This document shows, one piece after another, positions 19,061 through 27,632 of a DNA stretch of 64,000 nucleotides (its first letter is position 1; the number at the start of each line of letters is the position of its first letter). The notes beneath the pieces are model-generated. The model was given only the letters and a program-made list of their open reading frames with translations. It was not told the origin of the DNA and did no database searches. Position numbers and translations under genes: made by a program. The stretch is from Prochlorococcus sp. AG-347-I15 (lineage in GTDB: Bacteria; Cyanobacteriota; Cyanobacteriia; PCC-6307; Cyanobiaceae): positions 168,247-232,246 of the forward strand of contig QCBN01000001.1 in NCBI GenBank assembly GCA_003281585.1, given 5' to 3'.

Positions 19061-19213
19061 ATGGCACTAAATGACACATTTACTATCCAAGAAATTAATT
19101 TGGATAAAAAAAATCTTTTATATGACAAGAAGCTAAAAGAAATTGAAGCTTATTGGAATAACGAATGTGCAGAACATCCGAGTAACAACCATTGCAAGAT
19201 TTTTTGTGATTGA
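19061..19213 (+). CDS. CP12-C-terminus-like small protein
   Basis: MALNDTFTI...YWNNECAEHPSNNHCKIFCD; ATG at 19061 follows AAGGGG. Confidence 0.75.
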   Translation: MALNDTFTIQEINLDKKNLLYDKKLKEIEAYWNNECAEHPSNNHCKIFCD

Positions 19214-19298
19214 AAATTTAACTTTTAGGTATTCTTACGCTTGATTTTTACTTAATACCCGTACTAAAGAATAATCATATAGAAAGGAGGCCAAGCAA

Positions 19299-19400
19299 AT
19301 GACTAATTTAGGTATAGAAATTTTATTTTGGACAATTTTAATTTCTTATTTGGGATTAAGGTTTTCTCAAACTTGGAATGGATTCAAAAAACAGTATTAA
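19299..19400 (+). CDS. Small TM protein (33 aa), paralog of 10381-10485
   Basis: MTNLGIEILFWTILISYLGLRFSQTWNGFKKQY; AAGGAGG RBS. Confidence 0.75.
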   Translation: MTNLGIEILFWTILISYLGLRFSQTWNGFKKQY

Positions 19401-19415
19401 TTAGGAGAATAGAAA

Positions 19416-19562
19416 ATGAAACTACAAACTCAGTTCACGGTTCCCAACAAAGAATTAAAAGATCTTGATTATGTTAAGAAAGTAGATTTCTTAATAGAAA
19501 CTTTAAATAAAGAATGTATAGATTATCCAAATCAAGAAGATTGCTTGGTTTGTTGCAATTAA
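19416..19562 (+). CDS. CP12-C-terminus-like small protein (48 aa)
   Basis: MKLQTQFTVP...KECIDYPNQEDCLVCCN; AGGAG RBS. Confidence 0.75.
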   Translation: MKLQTQFTVPNKELKDLDYVKKVDFLIETLNKECIDYPNQEDCLVCCN

Positions 19563-19642
19563 AAATAATAAAATAGCTGTTTTTCAAAAGAAAATTAAAT
19601 TTTTATTAGTATTTATAACTTTTCTAAAAGGGAGTTAGCACT

Positions 19643-20161
19643 ATGGAATTAAGATTCTTCCCAATAAATATTTTTAGAGAGACTCCAAAAGTCACATTTT
19701 TCGATGCGGGCATAGATACCTCTAATGGTTCTGATGTTGTGATCCATTCAGAGGAAGCTATATCTCCTCCGGATGATCTTCAAAATGAGCAATATTATGT
19801 TCATTATCATCAAATTGACCACAATTTAGTTATTACAGGAGAAAGGACTTTTGTTTTGATAAATCCTTCATGGGACGAACCTCATCATGTGATTTTTTTA
19901 AATAGATCGATGGGAGCATTAGAAATTCCTATTGGAACTTATCACAGATCAATCTCAGGGAAAGAAGGTAGTATTGTTTTAAATCAACCCAAAAGAGATA
20001 AATTTTTTGATCCTGCTAAAGAATTTATTCCTCAAAAATTAGACAAAATTAATTTAGTTAAAGCAAGGAAAAGTCAACCTATTTATTGGATTTACGAAAA
20101 TAATAAAATCAAAAAAGTCTGTTTTAATCCTCAAGAAAGAAAATTTAAAACCCTTGTTTGA
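19643..20161 (+). CDS. RmlC-like cupin protein
   Basis: YVHYHQIDHNLVITGERTF...LEIPIGTYHRS. Confidence 0.75.
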   Translation: MELRFFPINIFRETPKVTFFDAGIDTSNGSDVVIHSEEAISPPDDLQNEQYYVHYHQIDHNLVITGERTFVLINPSWDEPHHVIFLNRSMGALEIPIGTYHRSISGKEGSIVLNQPKRDKFFDPAKEFIPQKLDKINLVKARKSQPIYWIYENNKIKKVCFNPQERKFKTLV

Positions 20162-21029
20162 AATGAAAAAAACAAAAAAGGATATGTCGCCCAGAATTAA
20201 TAATTTAAAAAACCTGAATTTAATTATTAATTCTGATAATTATAAGTTGGCTCACGAAGATATTGGTTTACTTAGCCGAAATGAAATGCGTGGAGTCAGA
20301 ATGCTTCTTGAGATTACTAAACCAGATTTAATCCTTGAAGAAAATAAAATTCTTTCAACCATAATTATTTTTGGAGGCGCAAACATTACAGAAGAATTAA
20401 ATATAAAAAAGAGAATTAAAAATATAGAAGTGTTAATTAAGAAAAAACCTGAATCGATACTTCTAAAACGAAATTTAAATAGATTAGAAAATTTGCTTCT
20501 AATGAGTCACTACTATCAATCCGCAAGGGAATTTTCAAAACTTGCTTCAACTAGTAATCAAAATAAAAACTGTAATTCTCATGTGATTGTGACAGGTGGG
20601 GGGCCAGGAATTATGGAAGCTGCTAATAGAGGAGCATTTGAAGCAAATTGTAAATCTATAGGATTAAATATCAGTCTCCCTAATGAACAAATTCCAAATG
20701 CTTTTATAACTCCAGGTCTTTGCTTTAAATTTAATTATTTTGCATTAAGAAAGATCCATTTTGTTATGCGATCAGTAGCTGCTGTATTTTTTCCTGGAGG
20801 TTTTGGAACTCTAGATGAATTATTTGAACTATTGACACTTTGTCAAACAGGCATGAAAACGAAAATTCCAATTATACTGTTTGGTAGAGATTATTGGAAT
20901 AAGATAATAAACTTCCAATATTTAGCAGATCTTGGATTAATTGCAGATGAACACTTAAATTTATTTGAATATGCAGATTCTGCATCAGAGGCATGGGAAA
21001 TTATCAAATCATCAAAAATATCAGATTAA
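20154..21029 (+). CDS. LOG-family (TIGR00730-like) protein
   Basis: VTGGGPGIMEAANRGA and FPGGFGTLDELFE motifs. Confidence 0.92.
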   Translation: MFEMKKTKKDMSPRINNLKNLNLIINSDNYKLAHEDIGLLSRNEMRGVRMLLEITKPDLILEENKILSTIIIFGGANITEELNIKKRIKNIEVLIKKKPESILLKRNLNRLENLLLMSHYYQSAREFSKLASTSNQNKNCNSHVIVTGGGPGIMEAANRGAFEANCKSIGLNISLPNEQIPNAFITPGLCFKFNYFALRKIHFVMRSVAAVFFPGGFGTLDELFELLTLCQTGMKTKIPIILFGRDYWNKIINFQYLADLGLIADEHLNLFEYADSASEAWEIIKSSKISD

Positions 21030-21049
21030 AATTTCTTTTTTAAAGAGAC

Positions 21050-21366
21050 TTAATTGCAAAGTATGCTATCTGATTGATTGACTCATCAACTAGTACATCG
21101 GGCAGGGTAAACTCAGTATTTAATCCTTCTAAAAGCTTTTCATCGTAACCCCTTGATTTAGCTGAAAGTCCTGAGATATATATAGTAACTTTTGAATTCT
21201 TTAAATTTTCAAGATGTTCGTATAAATCTCCAGTACCTTGACCAACTATTTCACCAGCTTTGTTGCAATTTAGGATGTTTACTCCATCCTCGGCAAAAAA
21301 ATAGTTACTTTATGATCATTTTTTCTGTTGTAAGGGCAACTAATAAAGCACAAATTAAATCCGCTA
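21050..21366 (-). pseudogene. Decayed copy of the DsrE-family gene at 22637-23014
   Basis: Long near-identical blocks (e.g. AAGATGTTCGTATAAATCTCCAGTACCTTGACCAACTATTTCACCAGCTTT) with indels and no intact frame. Confidence 0.85.
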
Positions 21367-21379
21367 TTATTATTTCTAG

Positions 21380-21600
21380 ATGAAAAAGACACAAAGTACA
21401 AAAACTACATTGAGCAGTAAGCTAAGTGTCTGAGAAGAGATTCTCATAAATAAAAAGGTTTTTGTACTCATGTGTAGGAGTGCGGAGTTAACCTTGAAAC
21501 CGCTAGGTTCAAGTCCTTACTAAAAGGACAAGTCCTTATACCACTTATACCGAATTTATTGCCTCAAGAAAAGGGGTAATAACTTATTAGCAATAGTAAG
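21380..21600 (+). ncRNA. Candidate structured RNA E (~220 nt)
   Basis: AGTACAAAAAC/GTTTTTGTACT 11-bp stem, TGAGAA-GAGA-TTCTCA GNRA hairpin, AACCT/AGGTT, GTCCTT/AAGGAC, TTATTGCCTC/GGGGTAATAA. Confidence 0.55.
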
Positions 21601-22074
21601 GCAATACTTAAAAATAATCTTAATATCAGCTTTACCTTATTTTTCTTTTAATTTAAACGAGATCAATAAAATAAAAATATAAATCTCATCCATTAAGTAT
21701 TTTTTACATTGTTTTTATTTAAGTTTCTGATTTGAATGAGAAAAGCAATAGATATTCCTATGGAAAAATCATTTCTAAATTTCATTTATTGGATCTTAAT
21801 AAAATCAGCTGAAGGTTACTATGGCGACTTAATGAAAACAGAAGTACCTTACATTCCTTATTTTTAGATTTTGTGCAACATAACTTTTAATATATAAATT
21901 TCTTCCTGAGGTGATCTTTTGCCTTATTCAATTGACGTTAGTGTTTAGATAGTTAGGGAATAGATGCGGGCTTTTTAAGCTGGACTGCAGTTCCCTATAA
22001 TAATGAAGCTATTAATACTCCATTCTAAAGCACCTATTTCCCTGTGATAGATGATAGATAAAGAACCGTGATAC

Positions 22075-22186
22075 TGGCTAATGAAACAAGAGCTTACAGT
22101 AATATCAAGGGGTTTAGTTAGTAAATTGCATTTTATTCTAGCAAAATTCTAGCAAGCCATTTCCCCTCAAAACTATTGCAATGAAT
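22075..22186 (+). repeat. att-like scar (EVE 5' core, inverted arm, TTCTAGCA direct repeat)
   Basis: TGGCTAATGAA-12nt-AGTAATATCAAGGG; ATTCTAGCAAAATTCTAGCA identical to 29053-29072. Confidence 0.7.
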
Positions 22187-22256
22187 AATATAACGAGCTA
22201 ACTAGATGCTAAAAAGAATTCTTAAATCTGAAACAATCCTCAAGTTATTTAAGTCT

Positions 22257-22580
22257 TTAGTTATTCAATTTATAATTCGTCTTAATAGTTTTTATTATTG
22301 AATCTTGTGGTTCTTCACTTGGGAAACAATTAATAATTCTATATTTTCCTCCTTTCTTATCAGTTTCTACAACAGTAAATTCCACATACTTGCCTATTCC
22401 ATCTATTAAATCCTTCACTTCTGTATTGATTATCTCTTCATTTTCATTTTCGATAATACGAGATTTCCCTCCGCAACTAATTAATGCATTTTCTTTGGTA
22501 AGAAAAAAATCTTTATCATTACTGCATGAGGACAGAAAAGATAAAGAAAATACTATTAAAAGAATTTTTTTCATAGTCAA
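22257..22580 (-). CDS. Putative lipoprotein
   Basis: MKKILLIVFSLSFLSSC signal peptide with lipobox. Confidence 0.75.
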   Translation of the reverse strand: MTMKKILLIVFSLSFLSSCSNDKDFFLTKENALISCGGKSRIIENENEEIINTEVKDLIDGIGKYVEFTVVETDKKGGKYRIINCFPSEEPQDSIIKTIKTNYKLNN

Positions 22581-22636
22581 AAGTTTTTTTACATAATTAC
22601 TTAAAAAGAAGATTTATTAAATAGCAATCTAATAAT

Positions 22637-23014
22637 TCAATAGCAAAGCACACTATCTGCTTTAATTGATTCTTCAACTAGAACATCTGGCATAACAAAC
22701 TCTGCATTGTATCCATCTAGAAGCTTTTCATCGTAACCCCTAGATTTAGCAGACATTCCTGAGACATATATGGTAATTTTTGAATTCTTTAAATTTTGAA
22801 GATGTTCGTATAAATCTCCAGTACCTTGACCAACTATTTCACCAGCTTTTTTGCAATCTAATATTTGTACTCCGTCTCCAGCTAGAAAAAGTGTTACTTT
22901 ATGATCATTTTTTTCTGCAGTAAGGGCAACCAATAAACCTAAAGTTATTTTATTTTTGGATTCTAAACCGCTGTAAATATGTACTAACACTGTATTGTCG
23001 GTAATGATAGACAT
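22637..23014 (-). CDS. DsrE/DsrF-like protein
   Basis: HKVTLFLAGDGV...IYVSGMSAKSRG; GGGAGG RBS. Confidence 0.85.
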   Translation of the reverse strand: MSIITDNTVLVHIYSGLESKNKITLGLLVALTAEKNDHKVTLFLAGDGVQILDCKKAGEIVGQGTGDLYEHLQNLKNSKITIYVSGMSAKSRGYDEKLLDGYNAEFVMPDVLVEESIKADSVLCY

Positions 23015-23351
23015 TTAATCCTCCCTAAAATTTGTTTTTATATCCTAAATAAAATCTATTTTCATTAGCTATTTTTTTCTGAAACGCTTACTACTTTCAT
23101 AGCTAAAAGCTAGTAATTGATTGTGGATCTACATTAGAGAGTAAACAATCCTCTTTTTTTTGATGAGAAACAAATTTAAAAGATCAGCTTTTTTTGATAT
23201 GTCTGATGACCTTTTCTATCGAATATCATTAATAGGATTTTTAGTTGTTTTTAGCTCAATGGTATTTTTCCTAACGAAATATAGAGAAAAAAAAGTTAAT
23301 AATATAAGCCAGATTTCCATAACTGAGCAAATTTAATTTTTAAAAGCAGTA

Positions 23352-23708
23352 ATGCAAAGATTTATAATTTCACCGTTATTTGCTTTATCTAGGTTTTTTA
23401 TAAATATTTACGGAATATTTTTAAAGTTTTTTCTTCAATTAAATGGTGGTTATTGGTCAAGAATTGGTTTAGCCGAAAATATTACAGAGGAAAGAATAAA
23501 AAAAAGAAGATTTTATATCCTACCTTTTTATATTCTTCTAGCTTTATTGTTTGGATTACTATCTGCTCTATATTGGTATTTTGTTATTCTCCATGTGCCA
23601 CTTTCAATAGAAAGATATTTAAGTCCATTGAATAACAATATTGCTTTAATAATTGCTTTTGCTACTTTCTTTGGTTGGCTTTATATTCTTTGTAAAACAA
23701 ACAAATAA
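23352..23708 (+). CDS. Hypothetical membrane protein
   Basis: 118-aa ORF with hydrophobic segments. Confidence 0.65.
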   Translation: MQRFIISPLFALSRFFINIYGIFLKFFLQLNGGYWSRIGLAENITEERIKKRRFYILPFYILLALLFGLLSALYWYFVILHVPLSIERYLSPLNNNIALIIAFATFFGWLYILCKTNK

Positions 23709-23710
23709 TA

Positions 23711-24020
23711 TGCTTACTGAGAGATGATGTGGTCCGCGAATTAAAGATTTAATTAATCATAATTAAATCATTCTTAAGGATTCATGCAAAATATTTGTGA
23801 CCGATTACTTTATTTATACGACAGTTCTGGTGATCGATTCGACCAAGGTTGACCAACTAGATCTTCACTAATCCATGGTCTGCAATACCAAGGTAAATTA
23901 ACTTATCTAACCTTTACGGTAGGAAAGTTAAGTGATCAGAAATTAAACTTTCGGGATTAATTCTGAACTATCTTTAAAATTAAGTCGTTTGTAAAGCATG
24001 AAGAAGTGAGTAATCACTTT
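23711..24020 (+). ncRNA. Candidate structured RNA C (~310 nt)
   Basis: Ends pair (TGCTTACT/AGTGAGTA); nested CTTTA/TAAAG and ACGAC/GTCGT; several local hairpins with G-U pairs. Confidence 0.5.
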
Positions 24021-24093
24021 TACTTCCATAACTAATTTCTAAGAAAATTCTTAATCTGATTATTAAATAGTTCTCCTTTCTGTCGTCACCATT

Positions 24094-24123
24094 AAAAAAA
24101 GACCTGTAACAAGGTCTTTTTTT
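24094..24123. terminator. Bidirectional terminator
   Basis: AAAAAAA-GACCT-gtaaca-AGGTC-TTTTTTT. Confidence 0.8.
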
Positions 24124-24174
24124 ATGTCTTTAATTTTATTGATTTACTGTTAATCGACAAATAACTAATTATTT

Positions 24175-24306
24175 TTATTTCACTCTTTCGCGATCAGTTA
24201 ATGCTTTTTCAAAAGTAGAAGAGAAAGTACAAATGCTATTCAATGCAACTAACAGAAGAACTACTGATCTTCCATGTTGATTTAATTGAAGTGTTCTTTG
24301 AGTCAT
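24175..24306 (-). CDS. Small protein (43 aa)
   Basis: MTQRTLQLNQHGRSVVLLLVALNSICTFSSTFEKALTDRERVK; 4 nt after the upstream stop. Confidence 0.45.
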   Translation of the reverse strand: MTQRTLQLNQHGRSVVLLLVALNSICTFSSTFEKALTDRERVK

Positions 24307-24310
24307 ACTC

Positions 24311-24493
24311 TTAATAATCTTCGTTGTAATCGGATGGACTACCAGTTAAAGAACAAACAACTGATTCCTCTTTTTTCATTTCTTTTATTTCCATTATTGG
24401 TCTGCCCATTTTCTTAAGAACATTTATTTCTTCTTTAGTCTGACAGCGAGCAATTATGTTTCCTTTTTGATCAAAGCAACTGTAGTAAGTCAT
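24311..24493 (-). CDS. Small Cys-containing protein
   Basis: MTYYSCFDQKGNIIARC...SVVCSLTGSPSDYN. Confidence 0.8.
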   Translation of the reverse strand: MTYYSCFDQKGNIIARCQTKEEINVLKKMGRPIMEIKEMKKEESVVCSLTGSPSDYNEDY

Positions 24494-24513
24494 TTTATTA
24501 AATGCAATTTAAA

Positions 24514-24646
24514 GTTTATGGTTGATTTCAGTTGTAGCAACGCAACCGACTCTTGACAACCATGTTTTTAATCTAAGTCAGCAATAGATTTAAATGGATA
24601 AAAAAAAGATACCTCTTACCGTACCTATATGTTCATCAAACCGCAC
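24514..24646. repeat. Regulatory module repeated in inverted orientation at 28123-28254
   Basis: TTTATGGTTGATTTCAGTTGTAGCAACGCAACCGACTCTTGACAACCATG matches the reverse complement of 28204-28253; tandem boxes also shared. Confidence 0.8.
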
Positions 24647-24722
24647 ACATTAGATACGCAGTATTTTGTTCAAATCAATTAGAACATATTTAAGACATAG
24701 AAAAATTTACGAAGGAGAATTT

Positions 24723-24860
24723 ATGAGTGGAGATTTTGAGACTCTTGAAATTAATCAACCAAAAATTAAATATCTAAACTTAGAAGACAATACAGAATGG
24801 TTAGACAAATTAATTAATAATATTGAGGACATGAAGAACAAAATATCAAAAGATTCTTAG
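24723..24860 (+). CDS. Small MSGD...QP protein (45 aa)
   Basis: AAGGAG RBS before ATG at 24723. Confidence 0.7.
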   Translation: MSGDFETLEINQPKIKYLNLEDNTEWLDKLINNIEDMKNKISKDS

Positions 24861-24995
24861 AAATTTAAGAAAAGAAACTTTTTATTAGATCATTAGTTTG
24901 CATGAGAAGCAATTCAAAAAAGAATTTAAATTTTGTATTTAAGGTAACCACTTTTTTGTGAGCATTATTCAGAATAAAAGTCCGACTATTTTGTT

Positions 24996-25139
24996 ATGCA
25001 AAAAAATTTAGATGAAAATTCTTATAAAAAAAGAATTGAAAATATAGAAAAAGGAAAATCTTATTTAAAAAGCAATGGATTTTTTAAATCAAAATCAAAT
25101 CTATTCGAAGACATACAAAAATTTATCTATAAAAGGTAA
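24996..25139 (+). CDS. Hypothetical small protein (47 aa)
   Basis: MQKNLDENSYKKRIENIEKGKSYLKSNGFF... Confidence 0.45.
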   Translation: MQKNLDENSYKKRIENIEKGKSYLKSNGFFKSKSNLFEDIQKFIYKR

Positions 25140-25256
25140 TTTAAAAAATATTTTTACTTTTGATTAATTAAATCTCTCCATAAGCAAGCCATCACATAAA
25201 AGAAAGAAAGACTTGAAAAGGTTAGGAGAAAAAAAGAATGGGTCAATTTTCTATAA

Positions 25257-25361
25257 CTAAATTAGACCAAATAATCCTGCAGTAAAACCAACAACCGAAA
25301 AGAATGTGAACTCAATTAAATCTCTTGGTGCAGAGTTCATAAATAAACCGATTTGAGTCAT
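25257..25361 (-). CDS. Small TM protein (34 aa)
   Basis: MTQIGLFMNSAPRDLIEFTFFSVVGFTAGLFGLI; 4 nt after the upstream stop. Confidence 0.7.
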   Translation of the reverse strand: MTQIGLFMNSAPRDLIEFTFFSVVGFTAGLFGLI

Positions 25362-25365
25362 ATTT

Positions 25366-25560
25366 TTAAGACTTGAGAGAATCTATTAAATCAAACTTTT
25401 CAGCTTTTTCAATTTGACACTCAGTATCATCTTCAGCGCATTTGATTTCAGCTTTTTTGTTCATGTGGCTACTACAACCGCCAGCTATAACTGGTAAACC
25501 GGTTGTAGCCGTAAAACCAGTTAAACATGCAAATGCGATATAAGGAAAAAGTCTTTTCAT
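25366..25560 (-). CDS. Small secreted Cys-containing protein
   Basis: Signal peptide, then AGGCSSH...CAEDDTEC. Confidence 0.8.
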   Translation of the reverse strand: MKRLFPYIAFACLTGFTATTGLPVIAGGCSSHMNKKAEIKCAEDDTECQIEKAEKFDLIDSLKS

Positions 25561-25761
25561 TTAATTATTACTTTATGTAAACATATTATGTTACATAAAA
25601 AGCTCAAGTGTGAGTAGCTGATAATTCGCGTACACCCTTTACCAATTATCTAAAGTGATTTAGCAACCCTATGAGTTTTATATATATCTGAGTATTTTTA
25701 CTTATATGTTGAGTTGAAGACTTTAAATAATTAATGTTTGTTTTGGGTTTATATATAAGTC

Positions 25762-25917
25762 ATGGATAAAGAACATTTAATTGATTTAATATCTAATAGC
25801 ATTATTTCTGAGATTAAAGATCTCGAAATTAATGAGGAAAAATTGATTGCAAATAATTATTTAAATAATCTGAATTTAAATCAGCTTAGAATAATTTCTA
25901 AAGAATTTATTTTGTAA
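25762..25917 (+). CDS. Small protein (51 aa), paralog of 4370-4525
   Basis: MDKEHLIDLISNSIISEIKDLEINEEKLIANNYLNNLNLNQLRIISKEFIL. Confidence 0.8.
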   Translation: MDKEHLIDLISNSIISEIKDLEINEEKLIANNYLNNLNLNQLRIISKEFIL

Positions 25918-25994
25918 TTTTATTGAATATTTATTTAAATAAATGAGATTTTCTTTACTATCATTTGAATTTTAATAAGTTAATACCTTTTAAT

Positions 25995-26180
25995 ATGAAT
26001 GATTCAGAAAAATTTAAACCTAGCCTTAAACAAATAAATGAGGATATCAGACCTACATGGGAAGATATCAAAAAACAATCAGAAGTTTTAGTTAACAAAC
26101 TTGGTTGCCCTAGATCATTTGTAGGAGGGATGCTTCATGCAATAGCAAGCGACTTCTCTGATATGAAAACTTGGGAATAA
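25995..26180 (+). CDS. Hypothetical protein
   Basis: MNDSEKFKPSL...LGCPRSFVGGMLHAIASDF. Confidence 0.7.
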   Translation: MNDSEKFKPSLKQINEDIRPTWEDIKKQSEVLVNKLGCPRSFVGGMLHAIASDFSDMKTWE

Positions 26181-26330
26181 ATGAAAAACTTATTACTTAC
26201 ACCACTTTTCAAACTATTCAAAAAAAGCACTTTCCTCTTATCACTAAATCAAAACTCGTGCCCTGTTTTAGATGCTGAAGACATAAAAAAGCAAGAACAG
26301 AAAGAAGCTATTGAAAGGTTGTACCCGTAA
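26181..26330 (+). CDS. Hypothetical small protein (49 aa)
   Basis: Starts immediately after the upstream stop; ...NSCPVLDAEDIKKQEQKEAIERLYP. Confidence 0.6.
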   Translation: MKNLLLTPLFKLFKKSTFLLSLNQNSCPVLDAEDIKKQEQKEAIERLYP

Positions 26331-26462
26331 ACTTTTAACAGAAATGTATCAAATCATATATACAATGCAGCACGGTCCCATACACCCCCATGCCACCCAT
26401 TACTTTCCTAAAAAGAAAATTTGATAGATAATAAATTTATAAAAGCAAATCACATAAAATTA

Positions 26463-26606
26463 TGTTCACGATTTGTTCACAAACTATAAGTTACTTCTAA
26501 TACATTGATATGACTGTAGAAAATTTTTGGCTAATGAACCATGTGCCAGTAGTCATAGCAATGGATCTCAAAAATCAGATAAATTCCGTCCACACGTCGT
26601 CCACAC
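26463..26606 (+). repeat. Complete att-like site (inverted arms around a copy of the EVE start, flanking direct repeats)
   Basis: CATTGATATGACT...GAAAATTTTTGGCTAATGAA...AGTCATAGCAATG; flanked by TGTTCAC x2 and CGTCCACAC x2. Confidence 0.75.
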
Positions 26607-26719
26607 TTTTAGTTGATTAAAACTCCATCAAGAAAAGCCTAAAAAGTTAAATCTGGTACTGACAAATATTTTTAAAATAAATAGTATATGCCTAAATAAT
26701 TATCTAGGAATTTAAATTC

Positions 26720-27148
26720 ATGATTAAGAATTTATTCATAGCAATCGCTTTTGCTTTGATGCTCATCAACCCAAATATTTCTATAGCTGCCGAATCGCCT
26801 GTAGATGTACAAGAAGTCTTTGTAGGTTCTGAAACTATGGATGGTGATGCTCTTAAATATCCAAAAGGAAAAGCAGAAATAAGATTACAAAGAGTCGAAT
26901 TAGCTGAGGGAGGGATAGTCCCGCTTCACTCTCATCCAATTCCATTATTAGGTAATGTTGAGCAAGGTACAATTGTTGTCAAAAGACAAGGTATGGAAGA
27001 TCTTACCTATACAGCGGGGGATACATTTATAGTTGGTCCAAAGACACCAAAACATACAATGGGTAATGCAAAAACCGATAATGCAATAGTTTGGTTCGCA
27101 GCAATTGGAGCAAAAGATGTCCCAATTCTAATTCCTGCAGAAGGATAA
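26720..27148 (+). CDS. Secreted Cupin_2 protein
   Basis: Signal peptide; PLHSHP...YTAGDTF...HTMGN. Confidence 0.9.
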   Translation: MIKNLFIAIAFALMLINPNISIAAESPVDVQEVFVGSETMDGDALKYPKGKAEIRLQRVELAEGGIVPLHSHPIPLLGNVEQGTIVVKRQGMEDLTYTAGDTFIVGPKTPKHTMGNAKTDNAIVWFAAIGAKDVPILIPAEG

Positions 27149-27282
27149 ATTTATCTATAAATCAATTTTTTTTAATTGACAGTCGATCTAACCTCGACCC
27201 TACTTTTTTAGATAAAATACCTATATTTTCTTATTGATTTAAAAGTTATTATTTTTGCAAATAACAGGATTAAAAAAAAATA

Positions 27283-27402
27283 ATGAAACTTGCGATCATT
27301 TTCTTACCAATTGTCTTTGCACTTATATGGGCTCTGTTTATTGGGTTAAGAATAAATAGAGTAGAAACTAGAGATGGAAAGAGAAAATTAGTTAATTATT
27401 AA
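27283..27402 (+). CDS. PsbY-like small TM protein (39 aa)
   Basis: MKLAIIFLPIVFALIWALFIGLRINRV...; LP...A..W pattern resembles PsbY. Confidence 0.5.
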   Translation: MKLAIIFLPIVFALIWALFIGLRINRVETRDGKRKLVNY

Positions 27403-27439
27403 AGGATTTTCCTCAGATAACAATCTTATTTTTATCTAG

Positions 27440-27574
27440 TTATTTGAAATCTTCTTCGGTTTGACTTTCACCCTCTCTTCTCCAATAGTCCTCATATTTT
27501 AAATTTCTTTTTTGATAATCTAATGCGTTCATGTTCTTATCGAGTATGGCAAAAGGAGAATTAGTAAATTTCAT
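27440..27574 (-). CDS. Cys-less member of the CP12-tail-like family (44 aa)
   Basis: MKFTNSPFAILDKNMNALDYQKRNLKYEDYWREEGESQTEEDFK; GAGGTG upstream. Confidence 0.6.
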   Translation of the reverse strand: MKFTNSPFAILDKNMNALDYQKRNLKYEDYWRREGESQTEEDFK

Positions 27575-27632
27575 GGCATAACACCTCTAAAAAAAATAGT
27601 TTATTAAATATCTAATAGATATGAGATTTTAT

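Noticed and set aside
21192-21383. 63-aa + strand ORF
   Set aside because: Antisense shadow of the DsrE pseudogene.
21488-21520. tRNA-like fragment (CTTGAAA...GGTTCAAGTCC)
   Set aside because: No D-arm, acceptor stem or proper T-stem; better explained by local hairpins of candidate RNA E.
21816-22060. Possible decayed gene left of the att-like scar
   Set aside because: Stops in the frames examined and no family recognisable by eye; would need blastx.
22390-23635. ORFs 22390-22596(+) and 23453-23635(+)
   Set aside because: Overlap better-supported genes (lipoprotein antisense; membrane protein off-frame).
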